64,000 nt of DNA from Calcarisporiella thermophila CBS 279.70 (GCF_041956535.1 NW_027192218.1:15728-79727); one strand, 5' to 3'; shown: positions 50,531 through 63,399, numbered from the stretch's first letter. Translations and numbers: made by a program. Notes: generated by a model not told the origin, from the sequence alone.

Positions 50531-52108
50531 TCATCCTTTGGATGATTCCCTCTGCTGATCCTTCTCTTCCCCACCTAATCCCAGCCGATCTTTCAACGCC
50601 ATAATCTCCTTTTGCAATGACTCAATCTTCGCGTCCTGTTCTCGTGCCCGCTTGTTTAGGCCGCTAATGTATTCGTACGCTAAACCAAATAAAACACAAA
50701 TAAACGGTTTCTAAGCGCTATTAAACCTTAACACTAATAAAAAAAATGGCCTACATTTTCTCAGTAACATCACTTTACTAGGGTTTTTTTCCTCAATATC
50801 CGGGAGCACGCTTCTTAAATCGTCAAAACAATGTTTTAACAGGTCTCTTCGTTTCTGCTCCGCTGCCTTGTGGGAAGAGCGACGCATTTCAATGCCAGAA
50901 TGCAATTCCGGCGAGTAGGAGAGTCCTATGAGCCTAGATTTCATCATGCCAAAATCAGGATAAAGAGCCGAGAGAAGGTTGCTCTGCAAACTACATACTT
51001 GCTGTCCCCATCACGTATTGTCTGGTAATTACTTTTGGTTGCTAATCTCGCTGCAACTTCTTGGGAGACGGCTAGAAATAACAAGCACTTGAGGTTATTT
51101 GCAAGCCAAAATAGCGGTATGTAATATGCCAAAGGACAAACTACCTCCAGGCAACAATGGCTTCAAGCTCGGGCTTATATATGGTTTGATGGCAGGGGAT
51201 GTGGGAACCGAACCACCACGGAAATGCATGGGGCCGACCGTGGGCGAAATAGGTTTCATGGCGGGCGAAGATCTTAATTCACTTTCGATCTCTGATGCCC
51301 CCTTAGCCTGGCTGGGAAGATTCATTAGTGAAGCCGGTGTAGCAGGTAGAGGGCGGGTTGCAGGTGGGGGCATGGAAGTTTCCAGCTGGCTACTGGTGCT
51401 GGAGGACGACGTCACGGCAGAAGGGAGAGAGAGGGAATTTGGCACAGAATTTCGCTTCCTCGCTGTGGTTCGGCCTCCCTTGGCGATTGTCTGGCGTACT
51501 TTGACATACGGCTGCGGATCATTGGTACGCTTTTTTGATTTAGGCCGCAGTGTGCTTGATTGGGAGCTATTATCTGTGGACTGCTCCTGAGGAAGTAGAG
51601 CGGGCGATGTAAGCGGGGAAAATATCTCATTGGGGGTTATTGTGTCTTGGTTAGAGAGGGAATAGGTTTGTGAAGGAGTTAGAAACGGAGAGGGCGTAGG
51701 CGAGATAAGTGGTGTCAAGATAAGCTAATTAAAAAACTAAAGGTTATTTAAAAAATTCCATAAATGGCATGCCAATAAACAAGGTACATCATCTTCCAGA
51801 TTGTCATCCAGCAACATATTGCTCGCCTCCATGGTGAGGGGTGACAGGAACATATCCTGCGAAACATTTGAAAAGTACCCACTCTCTATGGGTGTGGACA
51901 AGGAATTCTGTTGGGTCTGCTGCTGGTGCTGCTGTCTCAAGTGTTTTTCCTCCAACTGATGCAGCAGGTTGTCATGTGCACTGGGTTGGCTATGCCCTTG
52001 CTGCTGATTATTTGTCTGCTCCAACGTCAGATCGTCTAATTCTGCCATGAAATCCAGATTGTTCATGTCCAGATCGGAGTTGAATTGCTCATAATTGAAA
52101 GACTTCAT
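50531..52108 (-). CDS. Pho4/NUC-1-like bHLH(-ZIP) transcription factor, ~4 exons
   Basis: FSPLTSPAL; PATPASLM; ISPSLKPLLP; LATKSNYQTIRDG; RRSSHKAAEQKRRDLLKHCFDDLRSVLP..SKVMLLRKSYEYI, followed by a coiled coil. Confidence 0.82.
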
Positions 52109-52593
52109 CTTGAATGCTCCAAGGATGGAAAAACACGGGGAGAAAGAGGGGACGGGGTTTGGATGGGAGTGTATAGATGGGCGCGAGATTGACAGCGATG
52201 TCAGAGCTTTGACTTATCCGGCCAGATCCAAAAATATCGATATTCAGATAAAAACCTCCATCTATTCCATATTCCCCCAACGCTGTCAAGCAGTCGGGCC
52301 TCTAAAGAGATGCTGCGCCTCCAACTGATATACCGGCCACGGACTTCGTCCGAAATTAAAAAGCCGCCCTCACAATGGAAATGGAAGAAGTGTGGAAAGG
52401 AATAGAGTCTTATGATAAAACTCCTCAGTAGTATTACACCAGTCCTGCGGCACCCTCTTCGTTTCCCTTTGGTGGGCTGTGTTTCAACTTTTGGTCTATA
52501 TCTGATGAGTTGGTATTTCCACTTTGGAATTCATTAGTATATATAGGTGAATCTCTGCTAATTAGGCGTCGTGGCTCTAGGTAGACGGGCCCG

Positions 52594-52657
52594 ACGGATA
52601 GACAGAAAGCTAGATAGACAGATAGACGGACAGAAAGGCAGGTAGAGGAAGGTAGAG
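52594..52657. repeat. Degenerate (GAYA)n purine-rich tetranucleotide repeat
   Basis: GGATAGACAGAAAGCTAGATAGACAGATAGACGGACAGAAAGGCAGGTAG... Confidence 0.6.
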
Positions 52658-52672
52658 TATACAATACTTTGT

Positions 52673-53188
52673 ATGGAGCCGCGACACCGTAAGGCGAAGC
52701 GAAGAGAACGAAGCCCAAGCCCCGATAAAGCCAGTGTAATAAGCGAGAGTAGCTCTGACGTGCAAAGTAAAAGGCGGCGGCTGTTCGACTCTGAACCCGT
52801 CCTCTGGTCGCTAGATGACGACCTTGGTGATCTAGAAAATTTACTCGACGACGTCGACGATTTATTTGCTACGCTCCCTTCCGAGTGCATAGGGGAAGGG
52901 CCTGCCCGCGTCAGCACCTTTCAGCCTCTCTTGTCCGACAACACTTTGACATGGGAGGAGGCCTGGAAAGAAGACAGTGGGCTAGATTTCAACATTGATC
53001 GGGCGGGCACTTGGTCCCCCGAGTCGAGGCTATATGCGCTCTCGTCGCCATTTCCACTCACAGATCCAGGCACCCCTTTTCAAACCTCTCTGGGGCTTAT
53101 AGAAGAGGCTGAAGGAGCACAGGACGAGAAGGAAGACAGAGCCAACATGACCCTTCCTATTGAGGACGAAAGCAAGCCCGATGGCTAG
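52673..53188 (+). CDS. Hypothetical 171-aa protein (basic NLS-like N-terminus, acidic remainder)
   Basis: Intact ATG ORF with coding-like GC content, followed by an AT-rich 3' flank; no recognised family. Confidence 0.5.
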   Translation: MEPRHRKAKRRERSPSPDKASVISESSSDVQSKRRRLFDSEPVLWSLDDDLGDLENLLDDVDDLFATLPSECIGEGPARVSTFQPLLSDNTLTWEEAWKEDSGLDFNIDRAGTWSPESRLYALSSPFPLTDPGTPFQTSLGLIEEAEGAQDEKEDRANMTLPIEDESKPDG

Positions 53189-53702
53189 ATTCCGACGCAA
53201 ATCTTTTCCTCTGATGCAAATTTGCCAGGGACTACTGGGGCGCTCCTTTATTAATTTAAATCATACAAGGCGAATGTCTGACAGGAGTATCTGTTATCAC
53301 AATGGCTAACAGCATCCCAATATAGCTCTTTACGTTTTTTTTTAAGAATTTCGTTCTTTTTTCTAATATTCTGGATTTCCTTTATTTTTTTTGTACATAT
53401 CTCTATGGTGTCCTGCTATAATATATACATACCATGACAACAAGTCAAGTTTTAGTCTTATGTTTTTTTTTTTCAGTCTTGAACGTCAAAGCTAAAGGTG
53501 CAGAGAAGATCAGAAACTGTAACAGAGCTAACCAATGAGAATTTTGTTGACAATTTCTCTAGTTTCAATAAATTGTAAACAAATTTGACTTTGCTTCTTT
53601 AGCTGTCTTGCTCCTTTATTTTCTGCATTTACCCTTGTTGGCTCCCCCCTCTCGCCTTTTATACTCTTTTTTCCAAAAAATCAACCCATAAAATACTCAA
53701 TC

Positions 53703-55625
53703 ATGTCTGAGGAATACAACGGAGCTATTGGTATCGATCTCGGCACTACCTACTCGTGCGTTGCTGTCTGGCAAAACGAGCACGTTGAGATCATTCCTAA
53801 TGAACAGGTAAACAATAGCCTCTATTAGCCCAGCGGCTCAGCCATACTAACAAACACTGCTCTCTCTTTCAACTAGGGTAACCGCACTACTCCCTCCTAC
53901 GTCGCATTTGCCGACAACGACCGTCTCATTGGTGATGCTGCTAAGAACCAGGCCGCTATGAACCCCACCAACACCGTCTTTGACGCCAAGCGTCTCGTCG
54001 GTCGTCGCTTTGACGAGCCTGAGGTCAAGTCCGACATGAAGCACTGGCCCTTCACCGTCATTGAGAAGGAGGGCAATCCCTTGATCCAGGTCAGCTATCA
54101 GGGAGAGAACAAGACGTTCACGCCCCAGGAAATTTCCGCCATGGTCCTCACAAAAATGAAGGAGATTGCTGAGGCTAAGCTTGGCCAGAAGGTCAAGAAG
54201 GCCGTCATCACGGTCCCCGCCTACTTCAACGATGCCCAGCGTAATGCCACCAAGGACGCCGGTCTCATTTCTGGCCTCGAGGTGCTCCGCATCATCAACG
54301 AGCCCACTGCCGCTGCCATCGCGTACGGCCTCGACAAGAAGGGCGACAAGGAGGAGAAGAACGTGCTCATCTTCGATTTGGGAGGTGGTACCTTCGATGT
54401 GTCTCTTCTCACCATCGCCGGTCAGGTGTTCGCCGTCAAGGCCACCGCTGGTGACACCCATCTTGGTGGTGAGGACTTCGACAACAACCTGCTCGAGCAC
54501 TTCAAGAACGAGTTCAAGCGCAAGCACAAGAAGGACATCTCCGGAGATGCCCGTGCCCTTCGCCGCCTCCGCAGCGCATGCGAGCGTGCTAAGCGCACCC
54601 TCTCCTCCCTCACCCAGACCACCGTTGAGGTCGACTCTCTCTTCGAGGGTGTTGACTTCCAGGCCAACATCACCCGTGCCAAGTTCGAGGAGATCAACAA
54701 CACCGTCTTCATGAGCACCCTCGAGCCCGTCAAGCAGGTCCTCAAGGACGCCAAGATGGAGAAGTCCGCCATCCACGAGATTGTCCTCGTTGGTGGCTCC
54801 ACCCGTATCCCCAAGATTCAGTCGCTCCTGCAGGAGTTCTTCGACGGCAAGGAGCTCAACAAGTCCATCAACCCCGATGAGGCCGTCGCCTACGGTGCCG
54901 CCGTGCAGGCTGCCGTCCTCACCAACAAGGCCGACTCCGAGAAGACCCAGGACCTGCTCCTGCTCGACGTTGTGCCGCTCTCCCTTGGTGTTGAGATGCA
55001 GGGTGGTGTGATGGCCGTGGTTGTGCCCCGCAACACCCCCATCCCTTGCCAGCGCCAAAAGGTGTTCACCACCACCGAGGACAACCAGACTGTGGTCGAG
55101 TTCCCCATCTACAGCGGTGAGCGCCCCATGACCCGCGACAACCAAATGCTGGGTACCTTCAGTCTTGAGGGTGTGCCCCCCATGCCCCGCGGTCAGCCCG
55201 AGCTCATCTGTACCTTTGATCTCGACGCCAACGGTATCCTCAAGGTAACCGCCCAGGACAAGACCACTGGCCGCAAGGCTAATGTCACCATCGCCAACGC
55301 TGCTGGTCACCTCTCTGCCGCCGACATCGACCGCATGGTCCGTGAGGCCGAGCAGTTCGCCGAGCAAGACAAGAAGAGCGAGGAGCGCGTTGAGGCCAAG
55401 CAGGAGCTCGAGCACTACCTCTACCAGATCGAGTCGACTGTCTCAGAGCCCAACGTCTCGCTCAAGCTCAAGCGTGGTGACAAGGAGGCCATTGAGTCTG
55501 CCCTCTCAGAGGCCATGGAATTCTTGGACATCAAGGCTGATGAGGCTTCCAAGGACGACATCAAGGCAGTACAAAAGAAACTCCAGCGCACCGTCACCCG
55601 TGCCTTTGCCACCCTCTCCCGATAA
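53703..55625 (+). CDS. SSB1: Ribosome-associated Hsp70 Ssb; intron 53808-53876
   Basis: [14 protein letters not shown]; NEQ|[11 protein letters not shown]; [21 protein letters not shown]; C-terminus [13 protein letters not shown] with no EEVD; strong C-ending codon bias. Confidence 0.95.
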
Positions 55626-55694
55626 ACACCCGCCCCTCCTCCCCCTTCTTCTCCTATGTTTCGCTTCATTATTTCTACTATAGAGTTCTTTTAT

Positions 55695-55714
55695 TATATA
55701 TATATATATATATA
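55695..55714. repeat. (TA)10 microsatellite in the SSB 3' region
   Basis: Read directly from the sequence. Confidence 0.9.
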
Positions 55715-56121
55715 ATTTCATCATTGACTAAAAGCAAAATCCGATCCAATATTAGAGTTAATTATGGTACAATGTAAGGTTTATGATGATGAATATATGG
55801 AATATATCTCTCTTTTAAGATCACTAATACAAAATGGAAAAAAGATAATTAGCGGTTTCACTTGATTCGAAACCTCGGGAGTCGTCATAGACCTGTGGAG
55901 GGCGGAGTGGGAAACAGGATCATTTAAGGTCGACTGAGTGTCGATTTGGGCCCAACGGAGGTTGGTTTTGTGAGAGGAGCGGAAGGCTCGCCTCGTCGCC
56001 TCGTTTTATTTATCCTATCCCACACCTCCACCCCCGCTCCCTATTTGTATTTCGAACCCTTTCGCCGATCCTTCCCTTCGGGCCTTCTCTCTAGCCTTTC
56101 TCCGGGACTACGCTTCCGATC

Positions 56122-57928
56122 ATGGTTCATAAGGATCTGCTAATAAGGACGCCTTCAGGTCGATTATTCGCAAAGGTAGATGCATTCCCTCGCTCTTGCT
56201 CTGCTGCCGCTTTCCGCCGCCAATGTTACCGCTCATGGACTGTTTATTGATGGATGGCCTCCCTTTCTGCTTATTTTGCTATAGAACGTTTTCGAGCTCT
56301 TCTCTGCGCTTCTCGTCTCGATCCCCATCGAGACCAACCGCCGCAACTTTCGGTCCTATCACAACACCTTTACCGGCGAAAATGCAGTAACGAACCTCCT
56401 GGATCTCAAGATTACGGAGACGAGCTGTTCGCCGGATCCAACCGATCCAACTCGCCTTGTTTCCACGACAACTGCCAGATCGCTAGGCTTCACCAAAGAC
56501 CACGCTAAGCTGCTCTGCCAGCGCTTTATGGACGCAACTCTGATCTCGAATGCAACCGATAAACTAGCCACGCAGTTCAAGGAGAAGGGATTGTACAAGG
56601 TCACGCAAAAGGGCCTATACTTGCTCGAGAGACACATCAATAAAAACAACGTTGCCGCCGCTCATCTCCAAGCCCTCTTTGGCCAAGCCCCGCCGATCAA
56701 AGTGCTTGTGCTCGACCGCGATGCGGAATACGACCTCGTCTTATTCGGCCGGCGTCAGCTCTGCAATATCTTCCGGAAATTTGCTGGCTCGTCCCCCAAC
56801 AACGTGTCGGGGGAGAGTGAACGAGACGACGCGTCGGTTTCTTCATCCGAAGCGGACCGCAACCGTGGGGTTCAGGTCAAGGATCATCAGTTCTTCTTCA
56901 AAGTGTACCCAAACACATTCCACGGGCAGGGCGCCATCGATTGGCTTTGCGACTTCACCACGACAGTATCGCGTGAAGAGGGAACAGAGATTGCAAACGA
57001 GTTCATGCGCATGGGATTGATTGAAGAGGTCATCGATATGAATGAAGTGCCCGGGGTCGGGTATGGCGAGATCTTTTACACCAAGTCGATCCTCTACCGG
57101 CTGACTGAGCTCGGGGAGCGGCTGGCAGGCTGGCGCGGTAAACCACAAGGGTTGGACGAGGAGGGCGACGATGATGGTCTGAGTATGAGCTCGAGCTCAC
57201 GCTCGCACAAGCGCTCCAAGTCAAAGTCCGGCTCCAAGTCCAGCCGTAGCACCCGCAGCAACCACATGGAGGAAACGGATCTAGCCGATCTTCGTGAGGC
57301 TTTGCCAACGCGCAAAGACTCCTTCCGTGGCGACCACCTCGAGCTCCGAACCCTGATGAACGGCATGCGGATTCGTCCCGACGATCCCAAGGAGTCGAGC
57401 TTTGTCCGCCTCCAGCAAATCTTGTGTGACGAGCGCCTGCTCGCCTTGTTCCGCGAATTTCTCATGACCAACTTTTGCGAAGAGAACCTGGCGTTCTGGC
57501 TCGATTGCGAGAAATTCAAGACCAAATTCAAATGGCAGGCGAACGGCACGGACATTTCTGCGTCAAACGAGGAGCACGAGCACCCCTCGCCGGAACTTGT
57601 TTCGGCTGCATTCCAGATCTACAACACATACCTTGCCCCTGCATCCCCATCCGAACTCAACATTGACCATAGCCTACGACAAGAGATAACCCGCCTCATG
57701 ACCGATATCCTCTCGGTGGCTGCCGGTGAGGGTTCTAACTCAAAGTCCTCAAATGACTCAGCCGTGGCGATGCCTGAGGAAACAAGCGTGAGCCCCGAGG
57801 CGCTGCAGACGATCTTCCAGATCTATGAGAAAGTCCAGGGCCACATCTACCGGCTGATGTCCACAGACTCGGTCCCAAAGTTCATGAAGACGAAAAAATA
57901 TCAACATGCAATTTTGGCACAAGAATAG
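56122..57928 (+). CDS. Regulator of G-protein signalling, Sst2/FlbA type (DEP-DEP-RGS); intron 56176-56284
   Basis: RTPSGRLFAK|NVFELFSALL..YHNTFTGENAVTNL; LCQRFMDATLI; YPNTFHGQGAIDWLCDFTT; LFREFLMTNFCEENLAFW; IYNTYLAPASPSELNIDH; LMSTDSVPKF. Confidence 0.93.
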
Positions 57929-58744
57929 GGGGCACATTCGCTTAGACCGACTTTATATTCACAATAGATTAATGATTTCTTTTCTCCACTTTCTCCCGAT
58001 ATTTATTCAGTTTTATTGTTCACCCCTCTATTTCTTTTATTTATATAGAGTTTATTTTCCTACTCTCTTGTGCGTATTAAGTTCAATGAGAATCTTTGAA
58101 ATGTGTTATGTACATTCTTTGATGTTACTGTTTTCAATTTTTTTATTCTTTTACTAACCCTACACTAATTACCCGCGACTATTCCCTCACTTTTCCATTT
58201 ATGTTAAATTATGTCCACTATCCTAAGCTAATAAATTGGAAAGAACCAGCGTAACTTGAGCTGCCCTTATAGTGAGAGAGGTGGAGGGAAGAGAGGCCAC
58301 CAGTAGACTCGCCAATGTCGAGCGTTTGTTTGTCGGCTCTTCAATCACGCTTCAATATGAAAACTCACTAAAGTTACTATAGGAAAGGGGGGGTTAGGCC
58401 CGGGACACTAAAATCATCTCGGTCTGATTGCGCGCGCTTTGGACGTGCAGCATTAATTTGCACCAATTCAATTCAACAGCAATGGTTTAAATGAAACGGA
58501 TGCCTCAAACAAAAGATCCATATATGATAGAAGGAATGAGAAGGGATGAGAAGCCTACCGGGAAAAATGAAGTGACTTGCATTGACCTCAGATATCTTAT
58601 TAAAGAAATCGAATTTCTCAAAGCTCGGGTTGAAGACGCCAACTTGATATAAAAAGTCCCACCTGCATTCTCACGAGTTTCATCCCTGGTCGTATTCTTG
58701 GAAAACTCTACTGAAAAAGCAAGTAGAAAGTTATCTTCATCACC

Positions 58745-59170
58745 ATGTCTCTTATGTCCTTTGGCCCTTTCGATTCCGATGTTCGGCGCGCAGGCGACTA
58801 CTGGCGCAACTTGCGCGAATCCGCAGGTGAAACCATGACGAGTCGCGAGTTAACACCGCGTATGGATGTCAACGAGACGGATCGAGAGGTGTGTGTGAGT
58901 GTTGAATTGCCGGGAGTGCGCAAAGAAGACTTGAAGCTCGACTTGCAAGACCGGGTGATGACAGTGAGCGGAGAGCATTCAGAGAACAAGGAATATGAGA
59001 AGGCGAACCACCATGTCTCCGAGCGAAGATATGGTCGTTTCCATCGGAGCGTGGTCTTACCTCCACATTTGAAAACGGATGGCGCAACCGCAAAATATGA
59101 GAACGGAGTGCTTACGGTTCGTGTTCCGAAGGGGGACGACCCTGGCACCCGTCGCATCCCAATTGCTTGA
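58745..59170 (+). CDS. Small heat shock protein (Hsp20), paralog 2, intronless
   Basis: PRMDVNET..ELPGVRKED..ERRYGRFHRSVVLPPHL..YENGVLTV..RRIPIA; TATAAAA at 58648-58654. Confidence 0.96.
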   Translation: MSLMSFGPFDSDVRRAGDYWRNLRESAGETMTSRELTPRMDVNETDREVCVSVELPGVRKEDLKLDLQDRVMTVSGEHSENKEYEKANHHVSERRYGRFHRSVVLPPHLKTDGATAKYENGVLTVRVPKGDDPGTRRIPIA

Positions 59171-59882
59171 ACGCGGAATCTGAGAACTTAGAATTTCCGT
59201 CCACTCGTTGTGATACAAAAAAATACTTGAATTCTTTCTCTCTCGTTTGCTTTGAATAGTGCAAACATCTTACTCTCCTTCAACCTCTGTATATGTTCAC
59301 CGTGTATTCTATGAGATTTAGTTTTGAGTCACCTAGTACATAACTATGTACCACGCACCAAACTTTTGTGTAAATGTATGTGAAAATAAGTTTTGTATGA
59401 TATTACATAAAAGGTTAAATCAACCTTAATGATGAGGGTATTTTGCCCTGTTTTGTATCTAGGTCTAAATCTATTCTCCCATGTTCCAGCGGTCCTCGAA
59501 CTGATCTATCGTTAATTCCAACCCGAAAACTGTTAAGCACGCTTCCCTTGCCTATCACCTAACTCAAGGCTCTGTGACCAATCGATTTACTAACTTTCGC
59601 GAAAAAACAAGGATTTCTAACTAGGATTCGACTGAAATAGAAAAGAACAATATATTATACTTTAGATACTTGTTTTGTTCATCCAAGTCATGTCCATTAC
59701 ATTAAAATAGCTTCTCCAAATATATAGGCAACAAATAAGTTAAAATAAATAAACAGACGCTACAAGATAAGGTATCCAAAAGAAAGACAGAGATCACATC
59801 CTGATATGTATGAGAGGAAGAGGAGGAAAAGGTGGAGGCGGAAGATATTTAGAATGCGGGTAGAGCTAATGGAGATTTTCTC

Positions 59883-62434
59883 TTAGTTCTCCGGAGCTGG
59901 TTTGGGGGTATCTTTCTCCTCGGATTTCTCTTTTCCGGGCTTCTTCTCAGCAGACGGATTCTCCGTGGGTTTGGGGTTTTTATCTTGAGGAGCGCTGGAC
60001 TTGGTGGGCTTGTCATCTCCCGGTTTTTGCGAAGGTTTGCTAGAGGGGATTATTGTAGGGTCTGGCTTTTGGGAGGGCTCAGGTGGGTTGGATGGCTTGC
60101 CGGTGACGGTAGGGACGGCTGTTCCGGTGCTAGCGGGTACACTTGAAACGGATGGCACGGCACTTGGCTCCTCAGGCTGGGCCAGCAAATTCATGTTCTC
60201 TGCAGCTGCGCCATTCCATAGGGCTACCACGGAGAGGGTGAACTTCAGCTTGGAGCAAGCGAGCTTGAGCGACTCGATATCCGTCGAGTCCTGGGTACCA
60301 GTACCGAGCAGGATCTGAGGATTCCTGGGGTCCTTGATGAGAGCTCGTTGCAGAGCAATGGAAGCATTTTTTGCTTCAGGATCAAGGTTTGGATCAGTGA
60401 TGGTGACTGTGGAGACAACGTTGTCTCCAGGGTTGAGCACCACGTTCTGGAGGACACTGTTAGCGAAGTGGACGTCTCGGTTGTTGTATTTGTAGTGGGT
60501 GGCGAACTTGATATTACCCAGGCCGACCGTGACAGGAGCAGGGTTGAAGATCTTATAGTCAACGTTAAATCCGAGCCCAGTGGGCGTGTTGAAGATCTTG
60601 ACCTTAGAAGCCTGCTGGGGTGGTTTGCTTGCGAGACCCTGCATACCGGGTAGAGAAGTGGACACATCGACGGGCACGTCCTGTAGAGTGACCTGACCAA
60701 CAGCTGTGTTGGCCACGGTGTTAACGGTTCCAGCAAGATTGAAGTCCTTCTTGGCCCCGTTGGTCAATTCTGACACGAACTGATTGAAGGCTTCGTGGGC
60801 AGCGCCATCAACGGGAAGAGGGATCGGTCCGAAGCTAGTCTTGATAAGTCCACCATTGGGCTGAGGGGTGGTGGTCGCGGGGCCCTTAACACCCGCCACA
60901 ACAGCAATCTTTTTGCCACCATCCTGAATCGCAAGGTTAAGTCCAACCTCCTTTATATCCAGCGGGAAACCGAAGGGACTCTTGAACACCGCCTGTGTAT
61001 CTTTTGATCCTGTTTGCGGGTTATAGGCGGTGTCCTTGGTGAACGTAAAGGACATGTCATTGAAGTTGATGGATTGGATAAGTTTGAGATCAGCAGGTGG
61101 CTTCAAAGCAATGTCAAGCTTGAGGCTCGGGAGAGCATTGGAAAGCCAATCAACGCGGCCTTGAACATCGGATGCCTCGTTTCCAACCAGCGAAAGAGGG
61201 ACGTCTTTGCCCTTGATAAAGAGATTGACCATTTCGGAGAAGGCTGCAAGACCCTCGGCAGAGGTCTGAGGTACAAGACGGCCCTTGAGGCTAAGAGAAT
61301 TGTCCTTCAGAGGGGCAATCCCTTGTTTATCAGCAGCTATCGGATTTTTGTTTATAATTAATAGATTATTATTTTATAGCCATTGAGCTTAGAGAGGAAC
61401 TTATATCCGGCATATTACTTACCCAAGTTGCCGAGCACAATGCCTTTGTAAACAACGTTAAAGCCGAGATGACCGACAGTGAGACCAACTTGACTTGGGT
61501 TTTTTACGACACCACTGCCCTCAGAGGTGATACCGCCCGCTGGGTCATTGCCAGGTAAGTTGAACGATGTTAGCTGCACTCCCTTCAAGCCGCTCATTCC
61601 CTTGAGCGACACGGTCTTGCGAAGCTGTACGCCACCAATGGTAATCCCGAGGGCGGTGACTTGGATTTGGGAGCAGTAGAGGTCCCATGTGAAGTTGTCA
61701 CCGGTCAAAAGAGCGACAGAAAATTCTTGCAAGAGCGCTGGGTTAACGACCTCGACGTTGGTGTTGAGGTCTAGCGGGGTGGGCTTAAGCCAGAGAGTTT
61801 TAATACTGGGCATGCGGAGCTTGGCAAATGCCTTGCCTTTCCAGTAGATGTAGGTGGGAGCGACGAACGAGATCGTGGCGGGAACGGGTCCAGTATGGCT
61901 AAGCTCTCCCTTAATACGCGAGGTGAAGGCGTTGTTTGCGGGAGCAGTGATCTCTACCGTATTGAACGAGAGCTATATATATACAAAATTTGCGACATTT
62001 TACCTCGCTCCAGTAGACCAACAGCTACAGAACTACACTACCTTAGACTCATTAATGATGGCTTGAATAATGGGACCAACAAGAAGATCTAGGATCGGTA
62101 GAGTGGCCGCGGCTTTGAAGGAGTCGGTGTCTTTTCCCTTTACTACATCTATAGATGCGATAAACCGTAAGAATTTCCTTCCAGTGATTTGTCCGAAGAA
62201 GTTTCCCTACTTGTTGCTTGCTGAGAAATCTCCTCGAAAGAGGGGAGATTTTCTGTATTCAAGAGGGTATTAGTGCCTACTTGGCAATTTAATAGGGGAA
62301 CCCATTGAGTCTTTTTTACCAGGCGGAGGGCTATCATTGACTTCCCCATCTGGAACAGGAGCAGCATAGACCACTTGGCCAAATAATGCAAAAGGCACCA
62401 GGATCGCTAGGAAAAATAAAGCTACGCGCTTCAT
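59883..62434 (-). CDS. DUF3712 / Tag1-like protein, paralog 2, with signal peptide and Pro/Ser/Thr/Lys-rich tail; ~4 exons
   Basis: MKRVALFFLAILVPFALFGQVVYAAPV; GELSHTGPVPATISF..YWKGKAFAKLRMP; KTVSLKGMSGL..FNLPGNDPAGGI..KNPS; FNPAPVTVGLGNIKF. Confidence 0.82.
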
Positions 62435-63399
62435 AATGAATCGATTAAACGAGAGGAAAAGGGTTGACTATTATCTTAAAAGGAAAGAATAGAATGAAGG
62501 GAAGCAAGAATAAAAGAAGTAAAAAAAAAAAGAAAAAGTTAAAAGAAAGGGGATCGTAAAAAAAATATTGGTAAATTTATTTCGGGCGTAACCGTCCTTA
62601 TATTGCAACGAAAAAACAAGATTTTGGAAGCAGAGAAGAAAGCAAAAAGAATTTTGACAGAGCCAAGGTTGTCGTATTACAAACTGCTTAGTTGAGTATA
62701 CCGCGGGGTAATTGAAGTTTTATCAGACATATGACTAAGAGTTCTGTATAAATAAGCCGCTCCTTTTCTTATATGTAAACCGCACGTAAGTTCATCTTAT
62801 AGAAATCTTAGGAAGCCACAGAATTAAGATTCATTCATCAATCAACATAATCACAAGGAAATAAAGGCTAACTCGGCACTTGGTAACGGCAACGTATTCT
62901 TCCTGATGCAGGGCGTAAAGAAGAACACGAGCAAAGAGATATGCTTTAGAGCTCAAACCAAGATGTTAACTTAGTACCTCTTGCGTTTAACAGCTTGCCC
63001 TTGTTCATCTTTCCAAACCCATTAGGTAGATTGTGCAAGAATGCGGGGTAGGAAAAGGGAGTCAACGTTGCAACCCAGAACTATTAGAGACACAAAGTTA
63101 ATTGGTTTTTTTCCCAGACCATTAGAGTTTGAGATATATCATACTTAATTGCAACCTCATCTGTAGACGGTAGCGATTTTACAATCATAAATTTTGCATG
63201 CAGAGTGTGAAATTCACATGTTTAATTTTTGACCCGAGCGCGGCATAATTGAGAGACGTATCTTTGTTCAAGAGCTGGGCAGCTTCGTAAAACGAGTAAA
63301 GAGTAGTAAATCAAGTTCTGTTTCTCAAATTATACCATGCGGTGTGAAAGAATAAGCGGTATGCCCTGGTGGAGAGTACAAGATAATATGCCCCTTCCT

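Noticed and set aside
53847-55415. 522-aa antisense ORF opposite SSB
   Set aside because: Well-known shadow ORF of Hsp70 genes with strong codon bias (avoiding TTA/CTA/TCA removes antisense stops); no independent support
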